Assembly: GCA_963805625.1 (NCBI GenBank)
Contig: CAWDVE010000010.1
Location: forward strand, 992,001-1,056,000
Direction: 5' to 3'
Origin: an uncultured Candidatus Rokubacteria bacterium
GTDB taxonomy: Bacteria; Methylomirabilota; Methylomirabilia; Rokubacteriales; DASRDR01
DNA: 64,000 nt
The position numbers and the translations under genes are program-made. Each line of letters opens with the position of its first letter. Position 1 is the first letter of the stretch. Positions 1 to 8,281 of this stretch are shown one piece after another. The notes below the pieces were generated by a model that did no database searches, was not told where the DNA came from, and worked only from the letters and a program-made list of their open reading frames with translations.

Positions 1-212
1 AGGAAGATCGCATCGCAGGCTCGGAGCTGCTCGAGGCCGTCCTCGGGCATCATCCGGCCGGTCTTCGCGAAGCGCTCGCAGCTCCAGTCGAACTCGCTCC
101 ACGCGAGCTCGAACCCGAAACGCCGCGCCGCCGCCTCGAGAACGCGCTGGCCCTCGGGCACAACCTCCTTGCCGATCCCGTCGCCGGGAATCACCGCGAT
201 GCGATGGCGCAT
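1..212 (-). CDS. Tartrate dehydrogenase / isocitrate-isopropylmalate dehydrogenase family (5' part; runs off window)
   Basis: Manual translation MRHRIAVIPGDGIGKEVVPEGQRVLEAAARRFGFELAW...GRMMPEDGLEQLRACDAIF; the IAVIPGDGIGxEV motif marks beta-decarboxylating dehydrogenases; G-rich RBS upstream. Not in the ORF track. Confidence 0.85.
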   Translation of the reverse strand, partial: MRHRIAVIPGDGIGKEVVPEGQRVLEAAARRFGFELAWSEFDWSCERFAKTGRMMPEDGLEQLRACDAIF

Positions 213-378
213 GACCCCCCCCTTCATCAGGTGACGTCGGCGGTCCCGCCGCGCGCTGGACGGCACCGCGTCGTCACGGATCCGAGGGTATCCCGCCCAT
301 CGGACGCGGTCAATGAGACCTCGGCCCTTGGGTGAGCCGCGTCCTTCGGCGACCCAGGTGCCGACCGCCTTGGGCCTG

Positions 379-1014
379 CTAGCGCCGATCGAACGCGAGG
401 CGCGCGCCCAGCACCAGGAGAGCGAACCCGGTCACGGTCTCGATCACGCGACGCACGCCGAGCCGGCGCAGCACGTCGCCCGCCCGCTCGACCACGGCAG
501 CGTAGACGGCCAGCCAGGCCAGCGTCATCGCGCAGAACAGGAGGCCCAGTGCAAGAAGCGCCGGAAAGGAGGCGCGCCCGCCCGGCGTGAACTGCGGCAG
601 GAAGCTCGTGAAGAACACCGCCATCTTCGGGTTCCCGAGGTTGCTGAGGACGCCCTGCCGGAAGGCCGTCCACCCTGCCAGCGGCGGGCCGTGGCCGAAG
701 GCCCCCGCCGGTCCCGCTTCACCGCCGCCCCGTAAGGCGACCCACAGGGCCTGCGCGCCGAGCCACACGAGATAGGCTGCTCCGGCGAGCCGGAGCGCCG
801 CGAACACCGACGTCGACGCGACGAGCAGCGCGACGATACCGGCGCTCGTGGCCACCGTCCACACGGCTTGTCCGGTCGCCACCCCGAGCGCGGTCCCGAG
901 GCCGCCACGCCGCCCGCCGCCGAGCGTGTTCCGGATCGTCAGGGCCGTGTCGGGCCCCGGCGTGACGATCACGAGGACGGCAATCCCCAGGAAGGCGACG
1001 AGGCTCGGCTCCAC
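379..1014 (-). CDS. LysE/RhtB family amino acid exporter
   Basis: VTPGPDTAL and SNLGNPK motifs; about 6 TM segments. Confidence 0.92.
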   Translation of the reverse strand: MEPSLVAFLGIAVLVIVTPGPDTALTIRNTLGGGRRGGLGTALGVATGQAVWTVATSAGIVALLVASTSVFAALRLAGAAYLVWLGAQALWVALRGGGEAGPAGAFGHGPPLAGWTAFRQGVLSNLGNPKMAVFFTSFLPQFTPGGRASFPALLALGLLFCAMTLAWLAVYAAVVERAGDVLRRLGVRRVIETVTGFALLVLGARLAFDRR

Positions 1015-1098
1015 GAGCCCGAGCCTCCACTGCGCCGCCGCACCTCGTCAACGGCCATGAGGCGCGGGCCACGCCCGGCCATTCGCCGGCGGAGACGG

Positions 1099-2013
1099 TC
1101 AGCGCAGACGAAGCTTCGGGTCGATGGCGTCGCGGAGACCGTCGCCGACGAAGTTCGCGGCGAGCGCCACCATGAGGATCGCGACGCCCGGAAAGGTCGA
1201 GATCCACCACTGGGCGGTCAGCTCCCGTCCCTCCGCCACCATGGCGCCCCATTCCGGGGTAGGCGGCACCGCCCCGAGGCCCAGGAAGGACAGGGCCGCC
1301 GTGATGATGATCGCGTTGCCGAAGTCCATGGCCATCAGGACGATCGACGGGGCGGCCGCGTTCGGAAGCACGTGCCGGAGCAGGATACGCCGGTCGCGAA
1401 GGCCGAGCGCTGCCGCCGCGCTGACGAAGTCGCGTGCCTTGAGCGCCAGCACCTGGCCCCGGGCCAGGCGCGCGTACGGCGGCCACCAGACGACCAGCAA
1501 GGCCAGCATCGAGTTCTCGATGCTCGGGCCCAGGGCGGCGGCGATCGCCATCGCCAGGATCAGGGCTGGGAAGGCGAGCACCATGTCCACGATCCGCATG
1601 GTCACCTCGTCGAACCAGCCGCCGAGGTACCCGGCGAGCGCGCCGTACAGCGTCCCGAAGATCGAGGCCACGACCACGACGACGGCGGCGACCGGGAGCG
1701 ACACCCGGCCGCCATAGAGGACACGGGTGAACACGTCCCGCCCCAACCCGTCGACGCCGAGCCAGTGCTCGGTCGAGGGCGCGCCGAGACGGTTGTCGAC
1801 ATCGACCTCGGTCGGGTCGAACGAGGAGAGGAGCGGCGCCAGGACCGACACCGCCACCCAGGCGAGAATGACGAGCGCCCCGAGGACGACCATCGGCTTC
1901 CGGATCAGCTGCAGGAGGACCCGGCGGCCCTCGCTCCGCGACAGCGCCGTGGCAGCGGGACCCAGGGTCCCGTCCGCGACCGCCACCGCGCGCGTTGCCG
2001 ACGCCGTCGCCAT
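1099..2013 (-). CDS. Peptide/nickel ABC transporter permease (DppC/OppC-like)
   Basis: HWLGVDGLGRDVFTRVLYGGRVSL, EAA-like loop, RHVLPN, GDGLRDAIDPK. Confidence 0.95.
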   Translation of the reverse strand: MATASATRAVAVADGTLGPAATALSRSEGRRVLLQLIRKPMVVLGALVILAWVAVSVLAPLLSSFDPTEVDVDNRLGAPSTEHWLGVDGLGRDVFTRVLYGGRVSLPVAAVVVVVASIFGTLYGALAGYLGGWFDEVTMRIVDMVLAFPALILAMAIAAALGPSIENSMLALLVVWWPPYARLARGQVLALKARDFVSAAAALGLRDRRILLRHVLPNAAAPSIVLMAMDFGNAIIITAALSFLGLGAVPPTPEWGAMVAEGRELTAQWWISTFPGVAILMVALAANFVGDGLRDAIDPKLRLR

Positions 2014-3027
2014 CTACGAGTACCGGATCTGGGGGTCGAGCCAGCCGTAGAGGAGGTCGACGACAAAATTCACCAGCGTGTACATGAGCCCGATCACGAA
2101 CGTTGCGCCCATGATGGCGGGAAAGTCGTTGGTGACGGCCGACTGGAACGCGTAGCGGCCGAGCCCGGGCCAGGCGAAGATCGTCTCCGTCATCACCGCC
2201 CCCGAGAGGAGCCCGCCGTAGGCGAGGCCCAGCACGGTCACGGTCGGGATCAGCGCGTTCCGGAGCGCGTGCCGCGCGATCGTGGCCCCTTCCCGCAGTC
2301 CCTTGGCCCGGGCCGTCCGCACGTAGTCCTGGGAGAGCACGTCGAGCATCGATGCGCGCGTCACGCGCGTCACCAGCCCCATGATCGAGCTTGCGAGCAC
2401 CATTCCCGGCAGGATCAGGTGCGCGACCGCGTCACGGAAGGTCCGGTAGTCTCCCGCGAGGAGACTGTCCACCGTGTAGAACCCGGTGACGAACGGCGGC
2501 GAGTCGATCTGGGGGCCGAGCCGGCTGGGGCCGACCGTCCAGTGGAGCGTCGCGTAGAAGACGACGAGGGAGACCGTGGCGAGCCAGAAGATCGGCAGCG
2601 AGACACCGATGAGCGACAGGAGGCGCGCCGCGTGATCGATCACGCTCTCGCGCCGGATGGCGGCCACGACGCCGAGCGGCACGCCGATCACGAGGGCGAA
2701 GAGGACGGCGACGGTGGACAGCTCGATCGTCGCCGGCAGGAACGCCTTGAGGTCCTTGGTGATGGCCCGCCGCGAGTTGATCGAGTTGCCCAGCTCGCCG
2801 CGGGTCAGGTTCCCGAGAAACCTCAGGTACTGGACATGCAGGGGCTTGTCGAGTCCCCACTTCTCCTTGAACGCCTGGACGATCTCGGGCCGCTGGGACG
2901 CCACCTGCCCGAGGTTCGACACGATCGGGTCGGAAGGGACGGCGTGGGCAATGAGGAACGAGATGAGGGTGACCCCCACCAGCGCCACCATCATCAGCCC
3001 GAGGCGTCGCGCAACGTACTTGGCCAT
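2014..3027 (-). CDS. Peptide/nickel ABC transporter permease (DppB/OppB-like)
   Basis: DYVRTARAKGL, HALRNALIP, ETIFAWPGLG, LDPQIR. Confidence 0.95.
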   Translation of the reverse strand: MAKYVARRLGLMMVALVGVTLISFLIAHAVPSDPIVSNLGQVASQRPEIVQAFKEKWGLDKPLHVQYLRFLGNLTRGELGNSINSRRAITKDLKAFLPATIELSTVAVLFALVIGVPLGVVAAIRRESVIDHAARLLSLIGVSLPIFWLATVSLVVFYATLHWTVGPSRLGPQIDSPPFVTGFYTVDSLLAGDYRTFRDAVAHLILPGMVLASSIMGLVTRVTRASMLDVLSQDYVRTARAKGLREGATIARHALRNALIPTVTVLGLAYGGLLSGAVMTETIFAWPGLGRYAFQSAVTNDFPAIMGATFVIGLMYTLVNFVVDLLYGWLDPQIRYS

Positions 3028-3039
3028 CGCCTGATAAAG

Positions 3040-3070
3040 CGCGGGGACCGCACCGACTGCGGTCCCCGCG
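3040..3070 (-). terminator. Perfect 13-bp stem hairpin between SBP and permease (terminator or mRNA stabiliser)
   Basis: CGCGGGGACCGCA-ccgac-TGCGGTCCCCGCG, followed by CTTT on the minus strand. Confidence 0.7.
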
Positions 3071-3104
3071 ACGTCTTCGTTGAAGTCCGGGACTGGTTCC
3101 GGCG

Positions 3105-4706
3105 CTACTTCTTGTCCACCGGGTAGATGCGGGCCGCGCCGAGCGGCAGGTACTCGTAGCCCTCGATGTTCGGGCGCACCACGACCTCGGCCTTGCCCTG
3201 GACGAGGTTCACGTACGGGCCGTTCTCGACCAGGTACGCAAGCAACTCCTTGTACATCGCCGACCGCCGCTTCGCGTCGACCTCGGCGTCGGCCTTCTTG
3301 GCCATGTCCTTGGCCGTCGGGTCGTCCCAGCGGAGACGCGGCGCCCAGGTGTGGAGGATCATCTGGCCGGTGAAGTCACTGGCGCCGATGTAGTCGGGCT
3401 GGTTGTACGAGATGACGGCGATCTCACCCTTGGCCCGGTACTGCGTGAGCATCACGGAGAACTCCTGCGGGACGAGCTGGACCTCGACTCCGATCTTCTT
3501 CAGGTCGGACTGGACCTTCTGGGCCACCGACTCGTAGGTGATGCCCGCAGGCGACGGGCCCGTGCCGTACTTGAGCGGGTACTTGAAGCCGTTCGGGAAG
3601 CCCGCCTTGGCCAGGAGCTCCTTGGCGAGGTTCACGTCGAACTTCGGATTCAGCTTGTCGGCGTCCGCCTGCGTCTCGAGTCCCAGGACCCCAATCGGAT
3701 AGACGGCAGGGCCGATGACCGCGCGCCCGTTCGTCAGCTTGATGATGCCGGCGCGGTCCACGGCGTGCCGAAGCGCCTGGCGCACTTCCTTCTTAGCCAG
3801 CGCCGGGTGGAGCGCCGGGTCAACCGTCACGCCCATGTACATGTTGTCGAGCGACTGGCCGACCAGGATCTTCACGTTCTTGTTGTTCTTCATGGCCGCG
3901 GTGAGGTCGGGGGTGACGTTGAGCGCCACGTCCACGTCCCCGTTCTCGACCTGGAGCTTCTGGGTGGCGGGCGAAGGGACGTCGCGCGCCTCGATCTTCG
4001 CGATCTTGGCCGGGCCCTTCCAGTAGGTCGGGTTCCGCTCCATGATGACGACGTTGTTCCTCTGCCAGCCCTTGAGGATGAACGGCCCGCCACCCGCCGA
4101 GTTCTGGTTCAGCCACTCCTCGGCCTTGTCGTCCTTGTCGGCGGTCGCTGAATCGGTCGCCCCGTGCTCCTTCGCGAGCTTCGAGTCCATGATCGCGGCG
4201 TTCGGGCCCGACAGGACGGGCAGCCAGTCGGCGAACGAGTCGTTGAGGACGGTCTTCACCGTCATCGGATCGATGACGACGACCTCCTTGAGCGGGTCCA
4301 TCATCCAGCCCGGGTTGGCCTTGAGGTTCTTGAGCCGCGTCAGGCTGAACTTCACGTCCTCGGCCGTGAACGGATTGCCGCTGGCGAACTTCACGTTGGG
4401 CCGGAGCTTGAAAGTGTACTCCTTGCCGTCCGGCGACACCTTCCACTCGGTCGCCAGGATGGGCAGGAAGGTGTTCAGCTCCTTCGGGCTCTTGTGGGCG
4501 ACCAGCGTGTCGTAGACGTTGAGGTCGACGAAGGCCGCCCCGAACTCGAACTCGCGGCCCGGATCGAGCGTCCTCACGTCCGACTGGTCGAGGGCCATGA
4601 TGAGCGTCTTTCCCCCCGCCGGCTGGGCCAGCGCGGTGGGGCTCGTGCCGCCGATCAGGGCTGCGAGCGAGAGAGCGAGAACAGCGAGTGTCAGGGTGCG
4701 TCTCAT
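3105..4706 (-). CDS. ABC transporter substrate-binding protein, family 5 (dipeptide/oligopeptide)
   Basis: Signal peptide MRRTLTLAVLALSLAALIGG; YTFKLRPNVKFASGNPFTAEDVKFS family-5 signature; start placed at ATG 4706 after AGGAAGG. Confidence 0.93.
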   Translation of the reverse strand: MRRTLTLAVLALSLAALIGGTSPTALAQPAGGKTLIMALDQSDVRTLDPGREFEFGAAFVDLNVYDTLVAHKSPKELNTFLPILATEWKVSPDGKEYTFKLRPNVKFASGNPFTAEDVKFSLTRLKNLKANPGWMMDPLKEVVVIDPMTVKTVLNDSFADWLPVLSGPNAAIMDSKLAKEHGATDSATADKDDKAEEWLNQNSAGGGPFILKGWQRNNVVIMERNPTYWKGPAKIAKIEARDVPSPATQKLQVENGDVDVALNVTPDLTAAMKNNKNVKILVGQSLDNMYMGVTVDPALHPALAKKEVRQALRHAVDRAGIIKLTNGRAVIGPAVYPIGVLGLETQADADKLNPKFDVNLAKELLAKAGFPNGFKYPLKYGTGPSPAGITYESVAQKVQSDLKKIGVEVQLVPQEFSVMLTQYRAKGEIAVISYNQPDYIGASDFTGQMILHTWAPRLRWDDPTAKDMAKKADAEVDAKRRSAMYKELLAYLVENGPYVNLVQGKAEVVVRPNIEGYEYLPLGAARIYPVDKK

Positions 4707-5122
4707 TGAGGCCCGTCCTTCCTGCGCGATGATGATAGTGGTTCCACCCAGCCGCCAGCCGCAAACCGCCCACGACGGCGGCGCCCCCTGGGAGGAGCGC
4801 CCGCCACGGCGCACCGTAAAGCAGGGGGTTCCCGCCTGTCACGTCGGGGGGTTCCCTGACACAGCAGCGCAGGCGCATTGTACCCGAATCGTCCCGAGCG
4901 CGCCGCGCCCCCCGGTCGACCGTCGCCAGCGCCCGTTCGCACGCCCGCTGACGGCCGGTCCGGAGCCGCGCGGTCCGGCGCGGAACCGGCCTGCCCACAG
5001 GTGTACCGCCGTCGTATGATGACGGGAGCATGCCGACCGGAACGCCGAACCCGCCCCCGCGCCGGGCCCGTCAGACCCCTGCGCCAGGGCCCCATCTCAA
5101 GCCCGCGCGAGAGGATGCCGCC

Positions 5123-7090
5123 ATGAAGCTCACGGGAGATTTCTGCGAGAGTCTCTACAGCACGATGGTGAAGATCCGGCGATTCGACGAGAAGGTCGCC
5201 GAGCTCTTCCAGCAGGGCATCGTGAAGGGCACCGCCCACAGCTACGTCGGCCAGGAAGCCGTGGCCGCGGGCGCCTGCGCCAACCTGCGCGAAGACGACT
5301 TCATCGTCTCGAACCACCGGGGCCACGGCCACACGATCGCCAAGGGCGCCCGAATGGATCGCATGATGGCCGAGCTGATGGGGCGCGAGGACGGATACTG
5401 CCGGGGCTTGGGCGGATCGATGCACATCGCGGCGCTCGACCTCAACATCCTCGGGTGCAACGGCATCGTCGCCGCGGGCGTGCCGATCGGCGCAGGGGCC
5501 TCGCTCGCCGCGAAGATCCAGGGCACCGACCGGGTGGCGCTCACGTTCTTCGGGGACGGCGGAGCCAACCAGGGCGTCGTCCACGAGACCATGAACCTCG
5601 CCTCCGTCTGGAAGCTTCCCTTCATCTTCCTCTGCGAGAACAACAAGTACGCCCTCTCCACGGACACGAAGCGCACGACGGCCGGCGAGATCGCGAAGCG
5701 CGCGGCCGGCTACGACATGCCGCACGCGCGCGTGGACGGCAACGACGTGCTCGCCGTGTACGAGGCCGTCAAGGAAGCCGTGGCCCGGGCGCGGCGGGGC
5801 GAGGGCCCGACCTTCGTCGAGGCGGTGACCTACCGGTGGGGCGGCCACAGCATGCGCGCGAACCTCCCCGACTACCGCACCAAGGAGGAGGAGCGCGAGT
5901 GGATCGAGCGCGATCCCATCGTGCGCTTCGGTCACCGAGTAGTGGAGCAGAAGACCCTGACGCCGATGCGGCTCAAGGAGCTCGAGCAGGCGGTCGAGCT
6001 GGCGCTCGACGAGGCGGTGCGCTTCGGAACGGCCAGCCCGGAGCCGACCGTGGAGATGATGGAGGCGTCGGTCTACGCCCCGCACGCCTCGTGGGACGAG
6101 CCGAAGGTGCGGGGCACCCGGCAGCTCGCGATCAACGAGGCCCTCAACGAGGCGCTCCACCAGGAGATGGCCCGGGACTCGCGCGTGTTCGTCATGGGCG
6201 AGGACGTCGGGCTGATCGGCGGGATCTTCCAGGTCACCAAGGGGCTCCGGGACCGCTTCGGCGAGCACCGCGTGCGCGACACGCCCATCTCGGAGGCGAC
6301 CTTCGTCGGGGCGGGCGTCGGCGCGGCGGTGGCCGGCATGCGCCCGGTGGTGGAGATCCAGATCTGGGACTTCATCGCGATGACGATGGACCAGGTCGTG
6401 AACCAGGCGGCGAAGTTCCGCTACATGCTGGGCGGGACGCCCACCGTGCCGCTCGTGATCCGGGGCCCCCAGGGCGGCGGCATCCGCCTGGCCGCGCAGC
6501 ACTCGCAGAGCCTCGAGGCGTGGTTCACCCATGTCCCCGGGCTGGTCGTGATCGCTCCCTCGACGCCGTACGACGCCAAAGGGCTCCTCACCGCGGCGAT
6601 CCGCGACGACAATCCGGTCATCTTCCTCGAGCACAAAGCGCTCTACCCTCTCAAGGGGGAAGTGCCGGAGGAGCCGTATGCGATCCCGATCGGCAAGGCG
6701 GACGTCAAGCGCGTCGGCCGGGACGTCACCGTGGTCGCGACCCAGGCGATGGTCGCCCGCGCCCTCCAGGCGGCCGGGGATCTCGAAAAGGAGGGCGTGA
6801 GCGTCGAGGTCATCGACCCGCGCACGCTGGCGCCCCTCGACGAGACGACGATCCTCGAATCCGTCGGCAAGACGCATCGGCTCGTCATCGCGCACGAGGC
6901 GGTCAAGCGCGGAGGCTTCGGGGCCGAGGTCGCCGCCATGGTCAGCGAGAAGGCGCTGGACGAACTGGACGCCCCGATCGCCCGCGTCGCCGCCCGCTTC
7001 GTCCCGATGCCCTACAACGACAATCTCGAGCGGGCGACGATTCCCTCCAAGGAGGACATCGTCGCCGCGATCCGGTCCCTGCTCGGATGA
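5123..7090 (+). CDS. Fused E1 alpha/beta 2-oxoacid/acetoin dehydrogenase (TPP-dependent)
   Basis: HSYVGQEA, SNHRGHGH, FFGDGGANQG TPP motif, CENNKY; beta half MGEDVG, DTPISE, QHSQSLE. Confidence 0.93.
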   Translation: MKLTGDFCESLYSTMVKIRRFDEKVAELFQQGIVKGTAHSYVGQEAVAAGACANLREDDFIVSNHRGHGHTIAKGARMDRMMAELMGREDGYCRGLGGSMHIAALDLNILGCNGIVAAGVPIGAGASLAAKIQGTDRVALTFFGDGGANQGVVHETMNLASVWKLPFIFLCENNKYALSTDTKRTTAGEIAKRAAGYDMPHARVDGNDVLAVYEAVKEAVARARRGEGPTFVEAVTYRWGGHSMRANLPDYRTKEEEREWIERDPIVRFGHRVVEQKTLTPMRLKELEQAVELALDEAVRFGTASPEPTVEMMEASVYAPHASWDEPKVRGTRQLAINEALNEALHQEMARDSRVFVMGEDVGLIGGIFQVTKGLRDRFGEHRVRDTPISEATFVGAGVGAAVAGMRPVVEIQIWDFIAMTMDQVVNQAAKFRYMLGGTPTVPLVIRGPQGGGIRLAAQHSQSLEAWFTHVPGLVVIAPSTPYDAKGLLTAAIRDDNPVIFLEHKALYPLKGEVPEEPYAIPIGKADVKRVGRDVTVVATQAMVARALQAAGDLEKEGVSVEVIDPRTLAPLDETTILESVGKTHRLVIAHEAVKRGGFGAEVAAMVSEKALDELDAPIARVAARFVPMPYNDNLERATIPSKEDIVAAIRSLLG

Positions 7091-7133
7091 GCCCCGCCTC
7101 CCATCCTCGCGGCCGTCCGCCGGAGAGGCGGCC

Positions 7134-7463
7134 GTGAGGATGGACGCGATCCCCTTCGACACGACCGACTGGGGCGCGGTCAAGCCGACCCAGCACGCGG
7201 GAGAGACGGGCTCGGCCACCTGGCGGACCCGCGAGGTCGGCGGCATCCGCGTTCGGATGGTCGAGTACTCGCCAGGCTACCGGGCGGATCACTGGTGCCG
7301 GAAGGGCCACGTCCTGCTCGTGCTGGAGGGCGAGCTCGAAACCGAGCTCGAGGACGGGCGGCGCTTCCTCCTCCGCCCGGGGATGACCTACCAGGTCGCC
7401 GACGCCCACGAGGCGCACCGCTCGTCCACGCGGACCGGCGCGCGCCTGTTCATCGTCGACTGA
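7134..7463 (+). CDS. DHCW-motif cupin fold protein
   Basis: YSPGYRADHWCRKGHVL...AHRSST...LFIVD. Confidence 0.85.
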   Translation: MRMDAIPFDTTDWGAVKPTQHAGETGSATWRTREVGGIRVRMVEYSPGYRADHWCRKGHVLLVLEGELETELEDGRRFLLRPGMTYQVADAHEAHRSSTRTGARLFIVD

Positions 7464-7479
7464 CTCACGCCGGCCGCCC

Positions 7480-8079
7480 TCAAGGCATGCGGCTCCAGAG
7501 CCAGACCAGGTCCCTCAGGAAGGGGCCACCCCACATGGCGATGGAGAGCAATGAGCCGAACAACAGGACCGCATCGATGCTCAGTCGCCCCTCCCGCTCC
7601 CAATAGACGTCGCGGAACGTGAGCCACAGGGCGAACTCGTCCAGGGTCAGGGCCGAGGCGACGCCGAACAGGAGCGCCGTGAGCTGGGACGTCCACGGGG
7701 GGCCGGCAGCGCTCCCGGTTCCCACCTGGATCAGCCAGAGATAGCCGACCCCGAGCAAGAGCAGAATCCCCCAGACGAGATGATGGATGTGCCCGCCCTT
7801 CGTCACGACATCGTGGAACGGCCCTCGTCCCGCTCGAATCAGATGGGTGATCGTCCGAATCACCGCGAACGCCAGGAAGAAGGCGATCGAGGCCAGGAAC
7901 ATGCGCTCGTGACGCGCGCTCTGGAAGTGAGCCGCGTAGAGCTCGCCGGCCGTGCTCGCCGTCGCGCTCGCCGCAGGTCCGCGACCGCGGTCTTCCAGCA
8001 GCGAGAGAATGCGCGGCACCGTGGCGAACCCGACCAGGCCGAGCAGCAGCGCGACGAACAGGGCACGCCGACTCCGCAC
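7480..8079 (-). CDS. Conserved integral membrane protein of unknown function (HIHHxxWG / LTLDEFALW motifs)
   Basis: About 5 hydrophobic segments; HIHHLVWGILLLL, LTLDEFALWL, DVYWEREGRLSIDAV; TAACAT 6 nt before the GTG. Confidence 0.75.
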   Translation of the reverse strand: MRSRRALFVALLLGLVGFATVPRILSLLEDRGRGPAASATASTAGELYAAHFQSARHERMFLASIAFFLAFAVIRTITHLIRAGRGPFHDVVTKGGHIHHLVWGILLLLGVGYLWLIQVGTGSAAGPPWTSQLTALLFGVASALTLDEFALWLTFRDVYWEREGRLSIDAVLLFGSLLSIAMWGGPFLRDLVWLWSRMP

Positions 8080-8281
8080 GCGGTCATGTTAGCGAAGCAG
8101 AAGGAGGCCCATCAAGATGCAACTGCGTGCCTCGAGGAGGCGCCCCATGGCCGAGGGACGCCGTTCATGGCGGTCGTCGTCGCGCGACTCGTGGCGGGCT
8201 ATCCCCGCCAGGGGGCGACCGCCTGAGGGCAACGGACTCCCAGCGTCACACCGAGGCGCAGGAGGCCTCGGACAACTGCGC

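Noticed and set aside
868-7246. Very long antisense or alternate-frame ORFs (e.g. 868..3126 +, 4703..7246 -; also 36513..39167 -, 46935..49148 +, 31887..34133 -)
   Set aside because: They are shadows of well-supported genes in high-GC DNA, with Arg/Pro/Gly-rich junk translations and no motifs.
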